A stretch of 61,713 bases of DNA, counting the filler. It is 4 parts of 4 records of this genome, joined end to end, with 100 filler letters (N's around TTAATTAATTAA, not from the genome) between each part and the next. Parts side by side here need not be neighbours in the genome. Positions count along the whole stretch, not along the records: positions 1 to 24,950 come from SRR20825010_789; 3 more parts are not named here. One strand, 5' to 3'. Below the pieces are notes generated by a model. It worked only from the letters and a program-made list of their open reading frames with translations. It did no database searches and was not told the origin of the DNA. Numbering within the stretch: the stretch's first letter is position 1; the number at the start of each line of letters is the position of its first letter. A program made the position numbers and the translations under genes. Shown one piece after another: positions 1 through 9,483 of the stretch.

Positions 1-35
1 CCCCCTAACCCCCTTTTCGAAAAAGGGGGAGTTAG
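1..35. repeat. GC-stem palindromic repeat (CCCCCTAACCCCCTTTTCGAAAAAGGGGGAGTTAG), probably truncated at the window edge
   Basis: Hairpin CTAAC-CCCC-TTTT-CG-AAAAA-GGGGG-A-GTTAG is seen directly; resembles CCCCCT..CCCCC..GGGGG-type intergenic REP-like repeats. Confidence 0.5.
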
Positions 36-95
36 TACAACCAACAAGCTCGTCACAAAAATAAAAGCAAGTGTTCATTGCTTTCCTAAAAATCT

Positions 96-111
96 ATCGT
101 AATATTGCAAT
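96..111. promoter_or_regulatory. Putative ArsR operator (imperfect palindrome ATCGTAATATTGCAAT)
   Basis: Immediately upstream of arsR; 15/16 identical copy at 477-492. Confidence 0.7.
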
Positions 112-127
112 GAACAAATAATTAAGC

Positions 128-460
128 GTGGGCGTTACTAAATCTGAAATATTTACCGAAGAGCAAAACAAGATCTCCATGATTGCGAAAGCCTTTGGTC
201 ATCCGGCCAGGGTAGCTATTCTTCAACACCTTTTTAAAATGAATACTTGTGTTTGTGGTGATTTGGTGGAAGAAATTGGCTTGGCGCAGCCTACCATTTC
301 ACAGCATTTGAAAGAGCTCAAAAATCTTGGGTTGATCAAAGGAAGTGTGGAAGGCACGAGTGTTTGCTATTGCATAAACCAAGAAGCTTGGGCAAACATG
401 CAGGAATTATTCAGTCAGTTTTTAAACCCAAACTTCGATACCCCAGATGGGTGTTGCTAA
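128..460 (+). CDS. arsR: ArsR/SmtB family As(III)-responsive repressor
   Basis: KAFGHPARVAIL...CVCGDL...LAQPTISQHLKELK winged HTH; CYC motif and C-terminal GCC; heads ars operon; GTG start. Confidence 0.93.
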   Translation: MGVTKSEIFTEEQNKISMIAKAFGHPARVAILQHLFKMNTCVCGDLVEEIGLAQPTISQHLKELKNLGLIKGSVEGTSVCYCINQEAWANMQELFSQFLNPNFDTPDGCC

Positions 461-476
461 AAAATAGCCCTCATCA

Positions 477-492
477 ATCGTAACATTGCAAT
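477..492. promoter_or_regulatory. Second putative ArsR operator (ATCGTAACATTGCAAT)
   Basis: Near-identical copy of 96-111, lying between arsR and the next gene. Confidence 0.65.
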
Positions 493-502
493 AAATACAA
501 AT

Positions 503-970
503 ATGAAAATCTCAGAAATCAAAAATCACCTTAGCGCTTTGGATCAAATCGCTTTCGAATTGCCTGACGGCAGCTTAGTCCCAAGTCATTTTCACGTTAC
601 CGAAGTCGGTCAAGTCAGCAAACACTTTATTGACTGTGGTGGCACAGTAAGGACTGAAGAAGTAGCCAACTTCCAATTGTGGGAAGCCAATGACTATGAT
701 CACAGACTTCACCCAGAAAAACTAGTTCATATTATTGAGCTATCGGAGAGAATTCTTGGTTTGAAGGATTTAGAAATTGAAGTAGAGTATCAAGGCGCTA
801 CTATTGGCAAATACGGCTTAGATTTCAATGGCACGAACTTCCTTTTGACTACAAAACAAACTGCTTGCTTGGCAATGGACAAATGTGGTGTTCCTGCTGA
901 AAAGCCAAAAGTTAAATTGAGTGAAGTTCAAACTGCTGGAGCATGCACTCCAGGCGGTGGATGTTGCTAA
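503..970 (+). CDS. DUF6428-type ars-operon protein with Cys-rich tail
   Basis: HFHVTEVG...FIDCGG...EIEVEYQ..TIGKY..TACLA..CG..CTPGGGCC; typical second gene of Bacteroidota ars operons. Confidence 0.75.
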   Translation: MKISEIKNHLSALDQIAFELPDGSLVPSHFHVTEVGQVSKHFIDCGGTVRTEEVANFQLWEANDYDHRLHPEKLVHIIELSERILGLKDLEIEVEYQGATIGKYGLDFNGTNFLLTTKQTACLAMDKCGVPAEKPKVKLSEVQTAGACTPGGGCC

Positions 971-989
971 GCGATAAATCAACCTGATC

Positions 990-1619
990 ATGACCAATAA
1001 TTCCATTACACAACTTCTACCGAATATTGAAACATTCATTTCTTCAATTTCGATAGATCAAATTTCACAGGAACGTAAGGCTGTTCTTCAACCCTTGGTT
1101 AACTATATTCAAGGAAAACATCACCATAATGAAATAGTAAAACTCAACTTCATTTGCACCCACAATTCACGCAGAAGTCAATTAACGCAGGCTTGGGCCA
1201 AAGCACTGTCGGTTCATTTCGGAATCGACATCGATAGTTTTTCTGGTGGTGTGGAAGTAACTGCCTTCAATGAAAGTGCTATCAATACGCTAATCAACAA
1301 TGGCTTTAAAGCCGAATTGGTAGGAGAAACGAACCCTAAAGTGAGCCTTACTTTTTCGGAGAACCATGCTCCATTGGTAATGTTTTCTAAAAAATTTGAC
1401 GATGCTGTAAACCCTACAGAAGAATTTGCCGCATTAATGACTTGTTCAGATGCCGATGCCAACTGCCCATTTATTGCAGGGGCAGAAAAGCGTATTCCGG
1501 TAAAATATGACGACCCAAAACTGTATGATGGTACTTCGGAAGAAACCGCTAAATACGCTGAACGCAGTTTACAGATTGCCACTGAAATGTTCTACGTTTT
1601 CTCTCAAATCAAAAAATAA
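990..1619 (+). CDS. arsC: LMW-PTP-fold arsenate reductase-like protein
   Basis: CX5R P-loop CTHNSRRS plus [10 protein letters not shown] (Cys triad like thioredoxin-coupled ArsC) and DDPK; ars context. Confidence 0.8.
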   Translation: MTNNSITQLLPNIETFISSISIDQISQERKAVLQPLVNYIQGKHHHNEIVKLNFICTHNSRRSQLTQAWAKALSVHFGIDIDSFSGGVEVTAFNESAINTLINNGFKAELVGETNPKVSLTFSENHAPLVMFSKKFDDAVNPTEEFAALMTCSDADANCPFIAGAEKRIPVKYDDPKLYDGTSEETAKYAERSLQIATEMFYVFSQIKK

Positions 1620-2653
1620 TGAGCCAACCAAAAAAGCTAAGTTTTCTCGATAGTTACCTTACCCTCTGGATTTTCATTGCGATGGGAATAGGCGTAGCAA
1701 TGGGCTATTTTATTCCTTCAATTCCAGACGTAATAAATTCATACAGTAGCGGATCTACCAATATTCCAATTGCCATAGGGCTGATTCTGATGATGTATCC
1801 GCCATTGGCGAAGGTGAATTACGGATTGCTCCCTAAGGTCTTTAAAAATGTTAAAATCCTTTCTATATCCTTGATTTTGAACTGGATTGTCGGGCCCGTT
1901 TTGATGTTCATTTTGGCCATTACCTTTCTTCAAGACTATCCAGAATACATGGTTGGATTGATTCTGATTGGCTTGGCCAGGTGTATTGCCATGGTATTGG
2001 TTTGGAATGATTTGGCCGAAGGAAGTAGCGAATACGGAGCAGGCTTGGTGGCCTTGAACAGTATCTTTCAGGTGTTTGCCTATAGCTTTTACGCATGGCT
2101 ATTTATCACCGTGCTTCCACCCTACTTCGGTTTTGAAGGTGCAATCGTTGACATATCTATTATTACCATTGCGGAAAGTGTGGCCATCTATTTGGGGATT
2201 CCTTTCTTGGCTGGAATGTTAAGTAGATTTATTTTGGTAAAGCTTAAAGGCGAATATTGGTACACTACCAAATTCATCCCAACTATTTCACCCATGACCC
2301 TGATTGCCTTGCTCTTTACCATCTTGGTAATGTTTTCACTTAAAGGTGAGTTGATCGTTGAGATTCCAATGGACGTTTTGGTGATCGCAGTTCCTTTACT
2401 GATCTATTTTACACTCATGTTCATCATAGGCTTCTTTTTCAGCAAAGCCATGGGAGCCGAATATGATAAGAATGCAGCCATTTCCTTTACAGCTGCAGGG
2501 AACAACTTCGAGCTGGCCATTGCAGTAGCCATTGCTGTCTTTGGACTTAATTCAGGGCAAGCGTTTGCCGGAGTTGTAGGGCCTTTGGTAGAAGTGCCTG
2601 CACTGATTCTATTGGTTCGGGTTTCGTTTTGGTTAAAGAAGAAATATTACTAA
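1619..2653 (+). CDS. acr3: ACR3 family arsenite efflux transporter
   Basis: [34 protein letters not shown] motifs; about 10 TM helices. Confidence 0.95.
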   Translation: MSQPKKLSFLDSYLTLWIFIAMGIGVAMGYFIPSIPDVINSYSSGSTNIPIAIGLILMMYPPLAKVNYGLLPKVFKNVKILSISLILNWIVGPVLMFILAITFLQDYPEYMVGLILIGLARCIAMVLVWNDLAEGSSEYGAGLVALNSIFQVFAYSFYAWLFITVLPPYFGFEGAIVDISIITIAESVAIYLGIPFLAGMLSRFILVKLKGEYWYTTKFIPTISPMTLIALLFTILVMFSLKGELIVEIPMDVLVIAVPLLIYFTLMFIIGFFFSKAMGAEYDKNAAISFTAAGNNFELAIAVAIAVFGLNSGQAFAGVVGPLVEVPALILLVRVSFWLKKKYY

Positions 2654-2740
2654 ATCAATTTAATTAATGTATAGATATAGCCAGAAAGATTGAGGCTTCA
2701 TCATATTAATTTTTTGGAAGATTAAGAATATTTGCTACAT

Positions 2741-2760
2741 TCAACTATTGATATAGTTGA
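2741..2760. promoter_or_regulatory. Palindromic operator TCAACTAT-N4-ATAGTTGA (BlaI/MecI/CopY-like)
   Basis: Perfect 8-bp arms between a -7-like AATATTTG (2727-2734) and the ATG at 2776. Confidence 0.5.
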
Positions 2761-2775
2761 TAAACTAAGCTTATA

Positions 2776-3405
2776 ATGAAAAAACCGATTCTCGTTAGCC
2801 TTCTTGCTATACTCCTTGTATTCGCAATTGCTCAAAAATCAATTCCATTAACCTTTAAACTGAATGAAGTTTATAAGGATAAGTCGGTTAATGTACCTGA
2901 AGTTATCAAAAATTTCTCAGCCCTATTGGTTCAGAAAGGGATTCTAATAACAGCTGATTTATCAAATCCAGATGTGATTTATGATAAGCTCTCGGTATTG
3001 GAGAATGTGAGCCCGGCAGAATTTGGGATTGAAAAGTATGTCGATGCAAAAACGATGAAGGACTGGAAGGCACAGCAAAAGATACTCGATGCCTCTGTGG
3101 ACGATCAGGCCAACATTGCCTTATTCACCTACTATCAAATCTTTTCTGAAGAATACACCAAAATCAAGCTACATATTAAAGGCAATAGAACCGTTGATTT
3201 TAAAGGTGAACACTTACCAATGGCTAGTTTCGAGGCGGTTTTATTTGATGAAGTCAATCGATTGAAAGACAAGGGCGTTGAACCAAGTCAAGTAACGATG
3301 GAACTACAAGTTGACCCTATTACTCAATTTGAGTTTACGACTTTTATTCAGGACAAGTTGAGAAAGCTTGAGATCAGAAAAGTGACGCTCCTTAGCAATA
3401 AGTAA
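2776..3405 (+). CDS. Hypothetical exported protein, possible ExbD-like C-terminal domain
   Basis: N-terminal signal/anchor; C-terminus LQVDP.T.F..I.D.LRK..IRKVTL resembles the ExbD/TolR periplasmic domain. Confidence 0.5.
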   Translation: MKKPILVSLLAILLVFAIAQKSIPLTFKLNEVYKDKSVNVPEVIKNFSALLVQKGILITADLSNPDVIYDKLSVLENVSPAEFGIEKYVDAKTMKDWKAQQKILDASVDDQANIALFTYYQIFSEEYTKIKLHIKGNRTVDFKGEHLPMASFEAVLFDEVNRLKDKGVEPSQVTMELQVDPITQFEFTTFIQDKLRKLEIRKVTLLSNK

Positions 3406-3422
3406 CACTGTCAGTGTGGCAC

Positions 3423-3465
3423 AAAAAAAGACTCCCTGAAAACGTTTGCTATCAGGGAGTCTTTT
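3423..3465. terminator. Bidirectional intrinsic terminator
   Basis: AAAAGACTCCCTGA / TCAGGGAGTCTTTT stem with A- and T-tracts, between convergent genes. Confidence 0.85.
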
Positions 3466-3487
3466 GCTTTTTCGTTCTATACCATTC

Positions 3488-3964
3488 TTAACGGTTCAAG
3501 AAAGAAGAGTACATCCAAACTAATTTTTCTTGTTCACGGATATAATCACTCATTAAAGCGTTTGTTCCTTCATCATCAGCGTCAGCAGATAAATCGAGAA
3601 TTTCACGCTGAAGTAGAATAACCATTTTAAAAGAGTTCAAAATGTTTTCTACTGCTCTTATGCCATTTGTTACTTCGCTACTTTCTTTGATGGATGAGCC
3701 TGCAGCATACTTTGAATAATTGTGTTCAGGAGTAAACCCTAAAGTCAAGATCCTTTCTGCCAACTCATCAATTTTAAGTATTAAATCGTTATAAAGCTCC
3801 TCGAATTTCACATGAAGTTCAAAAAACTTTTCGCCTTTAATGTTCCAATGTGCACCACGGGTGTTTTGATAAAAAATTGAGTAGTTAGCCAATAGCTCAT
3901 TTAGCTTTTCAGCCAGTTTTTCAGCTTTAACACTTTCAAGACCAATTGCGTTTGTAATGTCCAT
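3488..3964 (-). CDS. dps: Dps ferritin-like DNA-protection protein
   Basis: HWNIKGEKFFELHVKFEELY..IDELAERI ferroxidase signature. Confidence 0.95.
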   Translation of the reverse strand: MDITNAIGLESVKAEKLAEKLNELLANYSIFYQNTRGAHWNIKGEKFFELHVKFEELYNDLILKIDELAERILTLGFTPEHNYSKYAAGSSIKESSEVTNGIRAVENILNSFKMVILLQREILDLSADADDEGTNALMSDYIREQEKLVWMYSSFLNR

Positions 3965-3982
3965 AATTTCTAGGTTTAATAT

Positions 3983-4300
3983 CTATCTAATTTTATGCTG
4001 AAGGCTCGACCACCCTCCACCATTATACACTTGCGTATAACCATTGGCTTTCAAAATATTCTTGGCCGAAGCACTTCTCATTCCCGAAGCACAGCAGGTG
4101 ATAATAGGCTTATCTTTGTTCTTCAACCTACTTAAGTTCGAACCCAAAGTATCTACTGAAATATTCATCGATCCTTTAATGTGTCCGCCCGCAAATTCGC
4201 CCTTCGAGCGTACATCTAAAACAACAGCTCCCTGCTGAACAAGTTCCTTAAAATCTACTTTTGGCCCCAAACCGAATAACTTTTTTATACTTTCTAACAT
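3983..4300 (-). CDS. Single-domain rhodanese (sulfurtransferase)
   Basis: LDVRSKGEF..GHI..; CCASGMRS active loop; start moved to ATG 4300 to avoid overlap. Confidence 0.88.
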   Translation of the reverse strand: MLESIKKLFGLGPKVDFKELVQQGAVVLDVRSKGEFAGGHIKGSMNISVDTLGSNLSRLKNKDKPIITCCASGMRSASAKNILKANGYTQVYNGGGWSSLQHKIR

Positions 4301-4305
4301 AAGGC

Positions 4306-4587
4306 TCAAACGTTTTTGGTCTGCACATAATTTACATCGAACCAACTTCCGCCATTATAACATTCAATGCCATGAGCTGACAGGAATTGTTCCGCTTGTC
4401 CGCTACGGTTTCCAGACGCACAACACAACACCAACGCATTCATTGCTTTAAGTTCTTCGACTCTTTGTGGCACTTCCTGCAGGGGAATATTTACCGAATT
4501 AGCGGCATGTCCGCTTTGAAATTCTTCTGGTGAGCGTACATCCACAATACTGGCCTTACCCTGATTTATTAGTTCTTCAATATTCAT
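4306..4587 (-). CDS. Single-domain rhodanese (sulfurtransferase)
   Basis: VDVRSPEEF..GH..NIPL; CCASGNRS. Confidence 0.88.
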   Translation of the reverse strand: MNIEELINQGKASIVDVRSPEEFQSGHAANSVNIPLQEVPQRVEELKAMNALVLCCASGNRSGQAEQFLSAHGIECYNGGSWFDVNYVQTKNV

Positions 4588-4624
4588 TTCTTCTTATTTT
4601 ATCTTACTCTTATTTTCAACTAAA

Positions 4625-4668
4625 CAAAAGTAGAGCTTTCGAGTATTAGACTTAGTCACATTTGTTAC
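4625..4668 (-). promoter_or_regulatory. Promoter: Crp-like box (GTAACAAATGTGAC) 22 nt upstream of -7 element TACTTTTG
   Basis: Box at 4655-4668 and TAnnTTTG at 4625-4632 on the minus strand; same geometry at 11897-11940 and 55738-55781. Confidence 0.7.
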
Positions 4669-4692
4669 AGAACGAGAATACAATCGCAAGAT

Positions 4693-4947
4693 TCATTGTG
4701 GCCTTTTTATAAAATACTTGATCAATTCATAGATCAAATACACCCATGGCGTACCGTGCAATACCAAATCAAAATAGTCCATGGCTTGCATACCATTGGC
4801 GCCCCCCATTACCCATTTTATTTTGCCCCAAATGTGAGGCTCGGGTGTGAAAGGCGCTAAGCCAAGGGTTAGCGCCAAAACAATGGCCAATTTCAGGTTT
4901 CCTTTGCTCTTCTTTCCCGCCTCACTCTGCTGACCTTTTTCCATCAA
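4693..4947 (-). CDS. Small 2-TM membrane protein associated with RND/sulfur clusters
   Basis: LGLAPFTPEPHIWGK...DLVLHGTPW; hydrophobic; sits in operon. Confidence 0.65.
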   Translation of the reverse strand: MMEKGQQSEAGKKSKGNLKLAIVLALTLGLAPFTPEPHIWGKIKWVMGGANGMQAMDYFDLVLHGTPWVYLIYELIKYFIKRPQ

Positions 4948-4958
4948 TAAATCTTCGT

Positions 4959-5600
4959 TTACAATATTTCTATACAGTTTCTATGCAATTCAATCTTACC
5001 TTCCGCCTCTAAACCTTTCAGCAACCTAGACACCACCACCCTAGAGGTATTCAACTCATTGGCAATTTGTTGATGTGTTTTATGAATTTTGAAAGTACCT
5101 GTAGCTTGTTGTGTATCTAATAAATATTTCAAAAGCCTCTCGTCCATGTTATGAAAAACCACGCTATCAATAGTGGTAAGTAATTCATCAAAACGAGTTT
5201 GATAAGAACTAAAAACGAACTTTCTAAAACTCAAATATTTGATCATCCAAGCATCCAAATAGCTATTCGGAATCATCCATACAATAGAGTCTTCTTCGGC
5301 CATTACATGAAATCCTGTGTTTCGCCCTTCCAAACAACATGCAATTGACATAGCACAAGTCTCCCCTCCTTCTAAATAATAAAGGAATACTTCATTTCGT
5401 GCCTCATCTTGACGCATCACCTTAAGCAGACCTTGCAAAACGATGGGCATTTCCCCTCCTCCTTGCTCTGAGCCGAAAATGAGTTCTCCAGCCTTTACTT
5501 TCTTTAGTCTGCCTGCAGTCCTAATTTCGTCTGCTAGCTTTTGTTCAAGACCAGAATTGGCCAACATCTTATCTAAAAGTTCATTCATATCGTCATTCAA
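4959..5600 (-). CDS. Crp/Fnr family transcriptional regulator
   Basis: cNMP-fold (LYYLEGGETCAMSIACC) plus C-terminal HTH THQQIANELNTSRVVVSRLLK; start may be TTG 5600 or ATG 5588. Confidence 0.92.
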   Translation of the reverse strand: MNDDMNELLDKMLANSGLEQKLADEIRTAGRLKKVKAGELIFGSEQGGGEMPIVLQGLLKVMRQDEARNEVFLYYLEGGETCAMSIACCLEGRNTGFHVMAEEDSIVWMIPNSYLDAWMIKYLSFRKFVFSSYQTRFDELLTTIDSVVFHNMDERLLKYLLDTQQATGTFKIHKTHQQIANELNTSRVVVSRLLKGLEAEGKIELHRNCIEIL

Positions 5601-5699
5601 TAAATCAGCTATCTGCTGATTTAAAGATAAGGCGAAAACCCGAAAATTGTGAGACCTAAGACAAATGAATCAACCTGTTTTCAATAAAACCTGCTGTTT

Positions 5700-5903
5700 T
5701 TAACAGCAAGATTTTGCCGAATCTCTTACCCCTAACTTCTTTAGGATAATATCCATCAAACACCAATTGGTAAATGATGATTGAAGCAAATTAGCACCTA
5801 CAAAAGCGGTGAACCATAGCCAATTTTGATTCACATAAATTGACAATAATATGCTAGCTAATATGAAAGTGCCCGCTATGGCATGTTTTACTCTTGTTAC
5901 CAT
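5700..5903 (-). CDS. DUF2892/YgaP-type membrane protein
   Basis: IAG..IL.S..L...VN.NWLW.TAFVGANLLQS.FT.WC; ends SCC. Confidence 0.85.
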   Translation of the reverse strand: MVTRVKHAIAGTFILASILLSIYVNQNWLWFTAFVGANLLQSSFTNWCLMDIILKKLGVRDSAKSCC

Positions 5904-5914
5904 TATATTCAGTA

Positions 5915-6226
5915 TTAAATGTTATTCATTCTTTTAATGTCCATTACCGCCACATGAATTTTCGACTCTGATTCTTGGCTTTCATTAAGGTTTCTGATTT
6001 GCAACATTACATCGTCTACGGTGAGCATTGACACAAAGGCATAGAACAAAACAGACTGGCGTTCGCCTATACTTGAAGCAAACCAATTGGCAGACATGGA
6101 TTCACCTTCTTGGTCTTTATAACCAGTTACATCCATATAGGAGAAAGTTTTGACTCCTGCTTTTTTCAGCAATCCTTTGATGTCCTTTTCAAAAGCCCTT
6201 GCTGCTGTGATTATTAATAATTCCAT
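5915..6226 (-). CDS. PII-like transporter-associated protein
   Basis: About 100 aa beta-alpha-beta pattern (LIIT...GVKTFSYMDVTG) directly after the RND permease. Confidence 0.55.
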   Translation of the reverse strand: MELLIITAARAFEKDIKGLLKKAGVKTFSYMDVTGYKDQEGESMSANWFASSIGERQSVLFYAFVSMLTVDDVMLQIRNLNESQESESKIHVAVMDIKRMNNI

Positions 6227-6236
6227 GATCGTCTGA

Positions 6237-9200
6237 TTAATGGTTTGATGATTTATTCTCCCACTTTTTTCGTTCGGTCATATAGTAAATGAGCGGAACA
6301 ACAATGAGGGTAAGCAAAGTAGAAACAATAGCCCCCGCCACTAATGAAATGGCAAGTCCCTGAAATATAGGATCGAATAGAATGATAGATGCACCAATCA
6401 CTACTGCACCAGTGGTGAGCAAAATAGGTTTGGTACGCACTGCACCGGCATCTACAATGGCCTGCTTAATCGAAGCGCCTTCGTTTAATCTGATCTCAAT
6501 AAAATCGATCAGCAGCACCGAATTTCTTACCATAATTCCAGCCAAAGCAATCATGCCTATAAAGGAAGTCGCAGTAAAGAACGCCCCGAGGATCCAGTGA
6601 CCTAATACAATTCCCACCAGCGAAAGCGGTATGGCAATCATCATTACAATTGGCGTTTTAAAGTTCTGGAACCAGCCTACAATCAGCATGTAAATGATTA
6701 CAATCACGACCAAAAAGGCAGTTCCTAAGTCTCTAAAAACCTCCATAGTGATTTGCCACTCTCCGTCCCATTTCACTGTATAGTCCGACTCATCTTCGGG
6801 TTGACCCATGTACATTTCGTTCACAGAGTAGCCTTTCGGCACAGTCAAGTTTTGAATCTGCTCGGTCATGCCCAAAATAGCGTATGCCGGACTTTCCAAA
6901 TCTCCAGCCATATCGGCCAAAACATAGACCACGCGCTTCTGATCCTTGTGATAAATTGTGGCCTGAAGGGTGTCTTGGGTTATGGTCACTAAATCGGCCA
7001 CGGTAACTAGGTTACCTTGCTGTCCTTTGATTTTAAGTCCCTGAATGTCTTGTAGACTAGATTTATCTTTATCATGTAAGGCAAGTACAATACCGACAGG
7101 GTTATTGGCATCTTGGTCATAGAAATTAGACACAGGATATTCTTGCATAAGGTAAGTGATGCTTCCCACCACTTGCTGAGGAACAACCCCGTGCATCATG
7201 GCCTTTTCACTATCTACCTCAAATCTGTATTCTGTTTGACCTGCTTCCACATTCCAGTCTACATCTACCACATCTTGTGTATTCGACAGTAAGTCTTTTA
7301 CCTGAGCAGCCAGCTTAATTTGTTCATTATAATCAGGACCATAAATTTCTGTCACTAAAGTTGAAAGTACGGGCGGGCCAGGCGGCACTTCTACGAGTTT
7401 CACATTTGCATTATGCTTGACCGCTATGGCCTGAATATCTTGTCGAAGCAGTTTGGTAATGTCATGACTCGACAAATCACGATCCGCTTTGTGTAACAGG
7501 TTTACTTGAATATCCGCCTGATTGCTTCCCCCACGTAAATCATAATGCCTCACCAAACCATTAAAGGTAATCGGTGCCGAACTGCCAATATAGTTCTGGT
7601 AACTCACTACTTCGGGTACATTCGATAAGTATTGAGCGATTTCTTGAGTGACCGCTGCGGTGCGTTCCAATGTGGTGCCTTCAGGCATATCAACTACTAC
7701 TTGAAACTCATTCTTATTATCGAAAGGCAGCATTTTAACCACCACCGACTGGTTGTAGAACATATACATTGAGCCGAGTAACAGCACTAGAGTACCACCC
7801 AATAGCATCCATCTTTTCGCTTTACTTTCTAAGAATGGGAACTCAATAGACTTGTAAGCCTTATAAATAAAGGTCGTTTCATATGCTTTTTCTTCCTTCT
7901 CTTCTCCGCTTTCTTTTTCACGAAGAAAATGGTAACCTAAATATGGAGTAATGGTTAAGGCGATGAATAAGGACAAAATCATAGCGATTGATGCCCCTAT
8001 TGGCATTGGACTCATGTACGGCCCCATCATTCCCGACACAAAAGCCATCGGTAAAATGGCCGCGATTACTGTGAATGTGGCCAAAATAGTAGGGTTTCCT
8101 ACTTCATTAATGGCATAAATTGCCGCTTGTTTGAAAGGCAGTTTCTTTGATTTAAAGTGCCTGTGCATGTTTTCAGCAATGATAATACTATCATCTACCA
8201 CAATACCCACTACAAATACCAAAGCAAAAAGTGTGATTCGGTTAAGCGTATAGCCCAGCATGTAGTAACTTAAAAGCGTCAGAGCAAAAGTGAGTGGAAC
8301 AGACAAGAAAACGACCAATCCACCTCTCCAGCCCATGGCAAGCATTACCAATACGGTTACGGCTATAATGGCCACTCCCAAATGCATAAGCAACTCTCCT
8401 ACCTTGTGCGAAGCGGTTTCGCCATAGTTTCTGGTTACTGTTACTTCAACATCATTAGGAATCAAGTTCTTTTTCAAACCCTCTACTTGTGTAAGGATTT
8501 TGTCTGCCACTTTCATGGCATCAGCACCTTTTACTTTGGCTACAGAAATCGTTACGGCAGGGTATTCTGAAGGAAATGAAGCGTATTCTTCGTTTGCCTT
8601 GCCATAACCAAACGACACATAATTACTAGAAGCCGATGGCCCATCTACAATTTTGGCCACCTGACTTAAATAAACGGGTAAGTTTTTATTCACCCCTACT
8701 ACCAACCGCTCCACCTCTTCTACAGAAGAAAGGAACTTACCCGTTGTAATCAGAAATTCTTGATCGCTTTGAACAAACTTGCCCGACTGGGAACTACTAT
8801 TGCTGGCCTGAATAATCTGCATAATCCCCATCGGGTCTACGCCATTTTCAGCCATCTTATCTTTGTCCAGTACAACTTTAAGCTGTCTGGTTCTTCCACC
8901 AATTACTTTGGTAATGGCTACATCACTTACTTTTTCAATCTCAGTAGTCAGTTCTTCTGCCAATTGTCTGAGTTGGAAATCGGTATAACTTTGGCTCCAA
9001 AGTGTAACGCCCAACATCGGTACATCGTCAATCGACCTTGTTTTCACTACAGGCGGATAAACGCCTTCGGGAAACATGTCTTTATGTTTCGAGAGTTCAT
9101 CGTATAGCTTAACGTATGACCGCTCTACATCTTCGCCCACATAAAACTGAACGATGAGTACGGCTTGGCCATTCATCGACATACTGTGAATATGCTCTAC

Positions 9201-9443
9201 GCCTTTGATATTCGAGATTATTTTCTCTAAAGGCCTCACCACGCGGTTTTCAATTTCCGTAGGGTTTGCCCCTGGATAGCCAATCATAATATCCGCCATG
9301 GGTACTATTATTTGCGGTTCTTCTTCACGCGGAATAAGAAACGAACTGTATACACCAATAATCATCAACGCCACCATAAGCAATACGGTCAGCTTAGAGT
9401 TGATGAATAGATTGGCTATTTTTCCTGAAATTCCTTCTTGCAT
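6237..9443 (-). CDS. AcrB/AcrD/AcrF family RND permease
   Basis: 1068 aa; PREEEPQI, GIVVDDSII, GIMVRNS..LIDF, 12-TM architecture. Confidence 0.95.
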   Translation of the reverse strand: MQEGISGKIANLFINSKLTVLLMVALMIIGVYSSFLIPREEEPQIIVPMADIMIGYPGANPTEIENRVVRPLEKIISNIKGVEHIHSMSMNGQAVLIVQFYVGEDVERSYVKLYDELSKHKDMFPEGVYPPVVKTRSIDDVPMLGVTLWSQSYTDFQLRQLAEELTTEIEKVSDVAITKVIGGRTRQLKVVLDKDKMAENGVDPMGIMQIIQASNSSSQSGKFVQSDQEFLITTGKFLSSVEEVERLVVGVNKNLPVYLSQVAKIVDGPSASSNYVSFGYGKANEEYASFPSEYPAVTISVAKVKGADAMKVADKILTQVEGLKKNLIPNDVEVTVTRNYGETASHKVGELLMHLGVAIIAVTVLVMLAMGWRGGLVVFLSVPLTFALTLLSYYMLGYTLNRITLFALVFVVGIVVDDSIIIAENMHRHFKSKKLPFKQAAIYAINEVGNPTILATFTVIAAILPMAFVSGMMGPYMSPMPIGASIAMILSLFIALTITPYLGYHFLREKESGEEKEEKAYETTFIYKAYKSIEFPFLESKAKRWMLLGGTLVLLLGSMYMFYNQSVVVKMLPFDNKNEFQVVVDMPEGTTLERTAAVTQEIAQYLSNVPEVVSYQNYIGSSAPITFNGLVRHYDLRGGSNQADIQVNLLHKADRDLSSHDITKLLRQDIQAIAVKHNANVKLVEVPPGPPVLSTLVTEIYGPDYNEQIKLAAQVKDLLSNTQDVVDVDWNVEAGQTEYRFEVDSEKAMMHGVVPQQVVGSITYLMQEYPVSNFYDQDANNPVGIVLALHDKDKSSLQDIQGLKIKGQQGNLVTVADLVTITQDTLQATIYHKDQKRVVYVLADMAGDLESPAYAILGMTEQIQNLTVPKGYSVNEMYMGQPEDESDYTVKWDGEWQITMEVFRDLGTAFLVVIVIIYMLIVGWFQNFKTPIVMMIAIPLSLVGIVLGHWILGAFFTATSFIGMIALAGIMVRNSVLLIDFIEIRLNEGASIKQAIVDAGAVRTKPILLTTGAVVIGASIILFDPIFQGLAISLVAGAIVSTLLTLIVVPLIYYMTERKKWENKSSNH

Positions 9444-9483
9444 TTCTGTCTCGTTAAATTGTTTTCAATCGGGTTTAAAAGCC

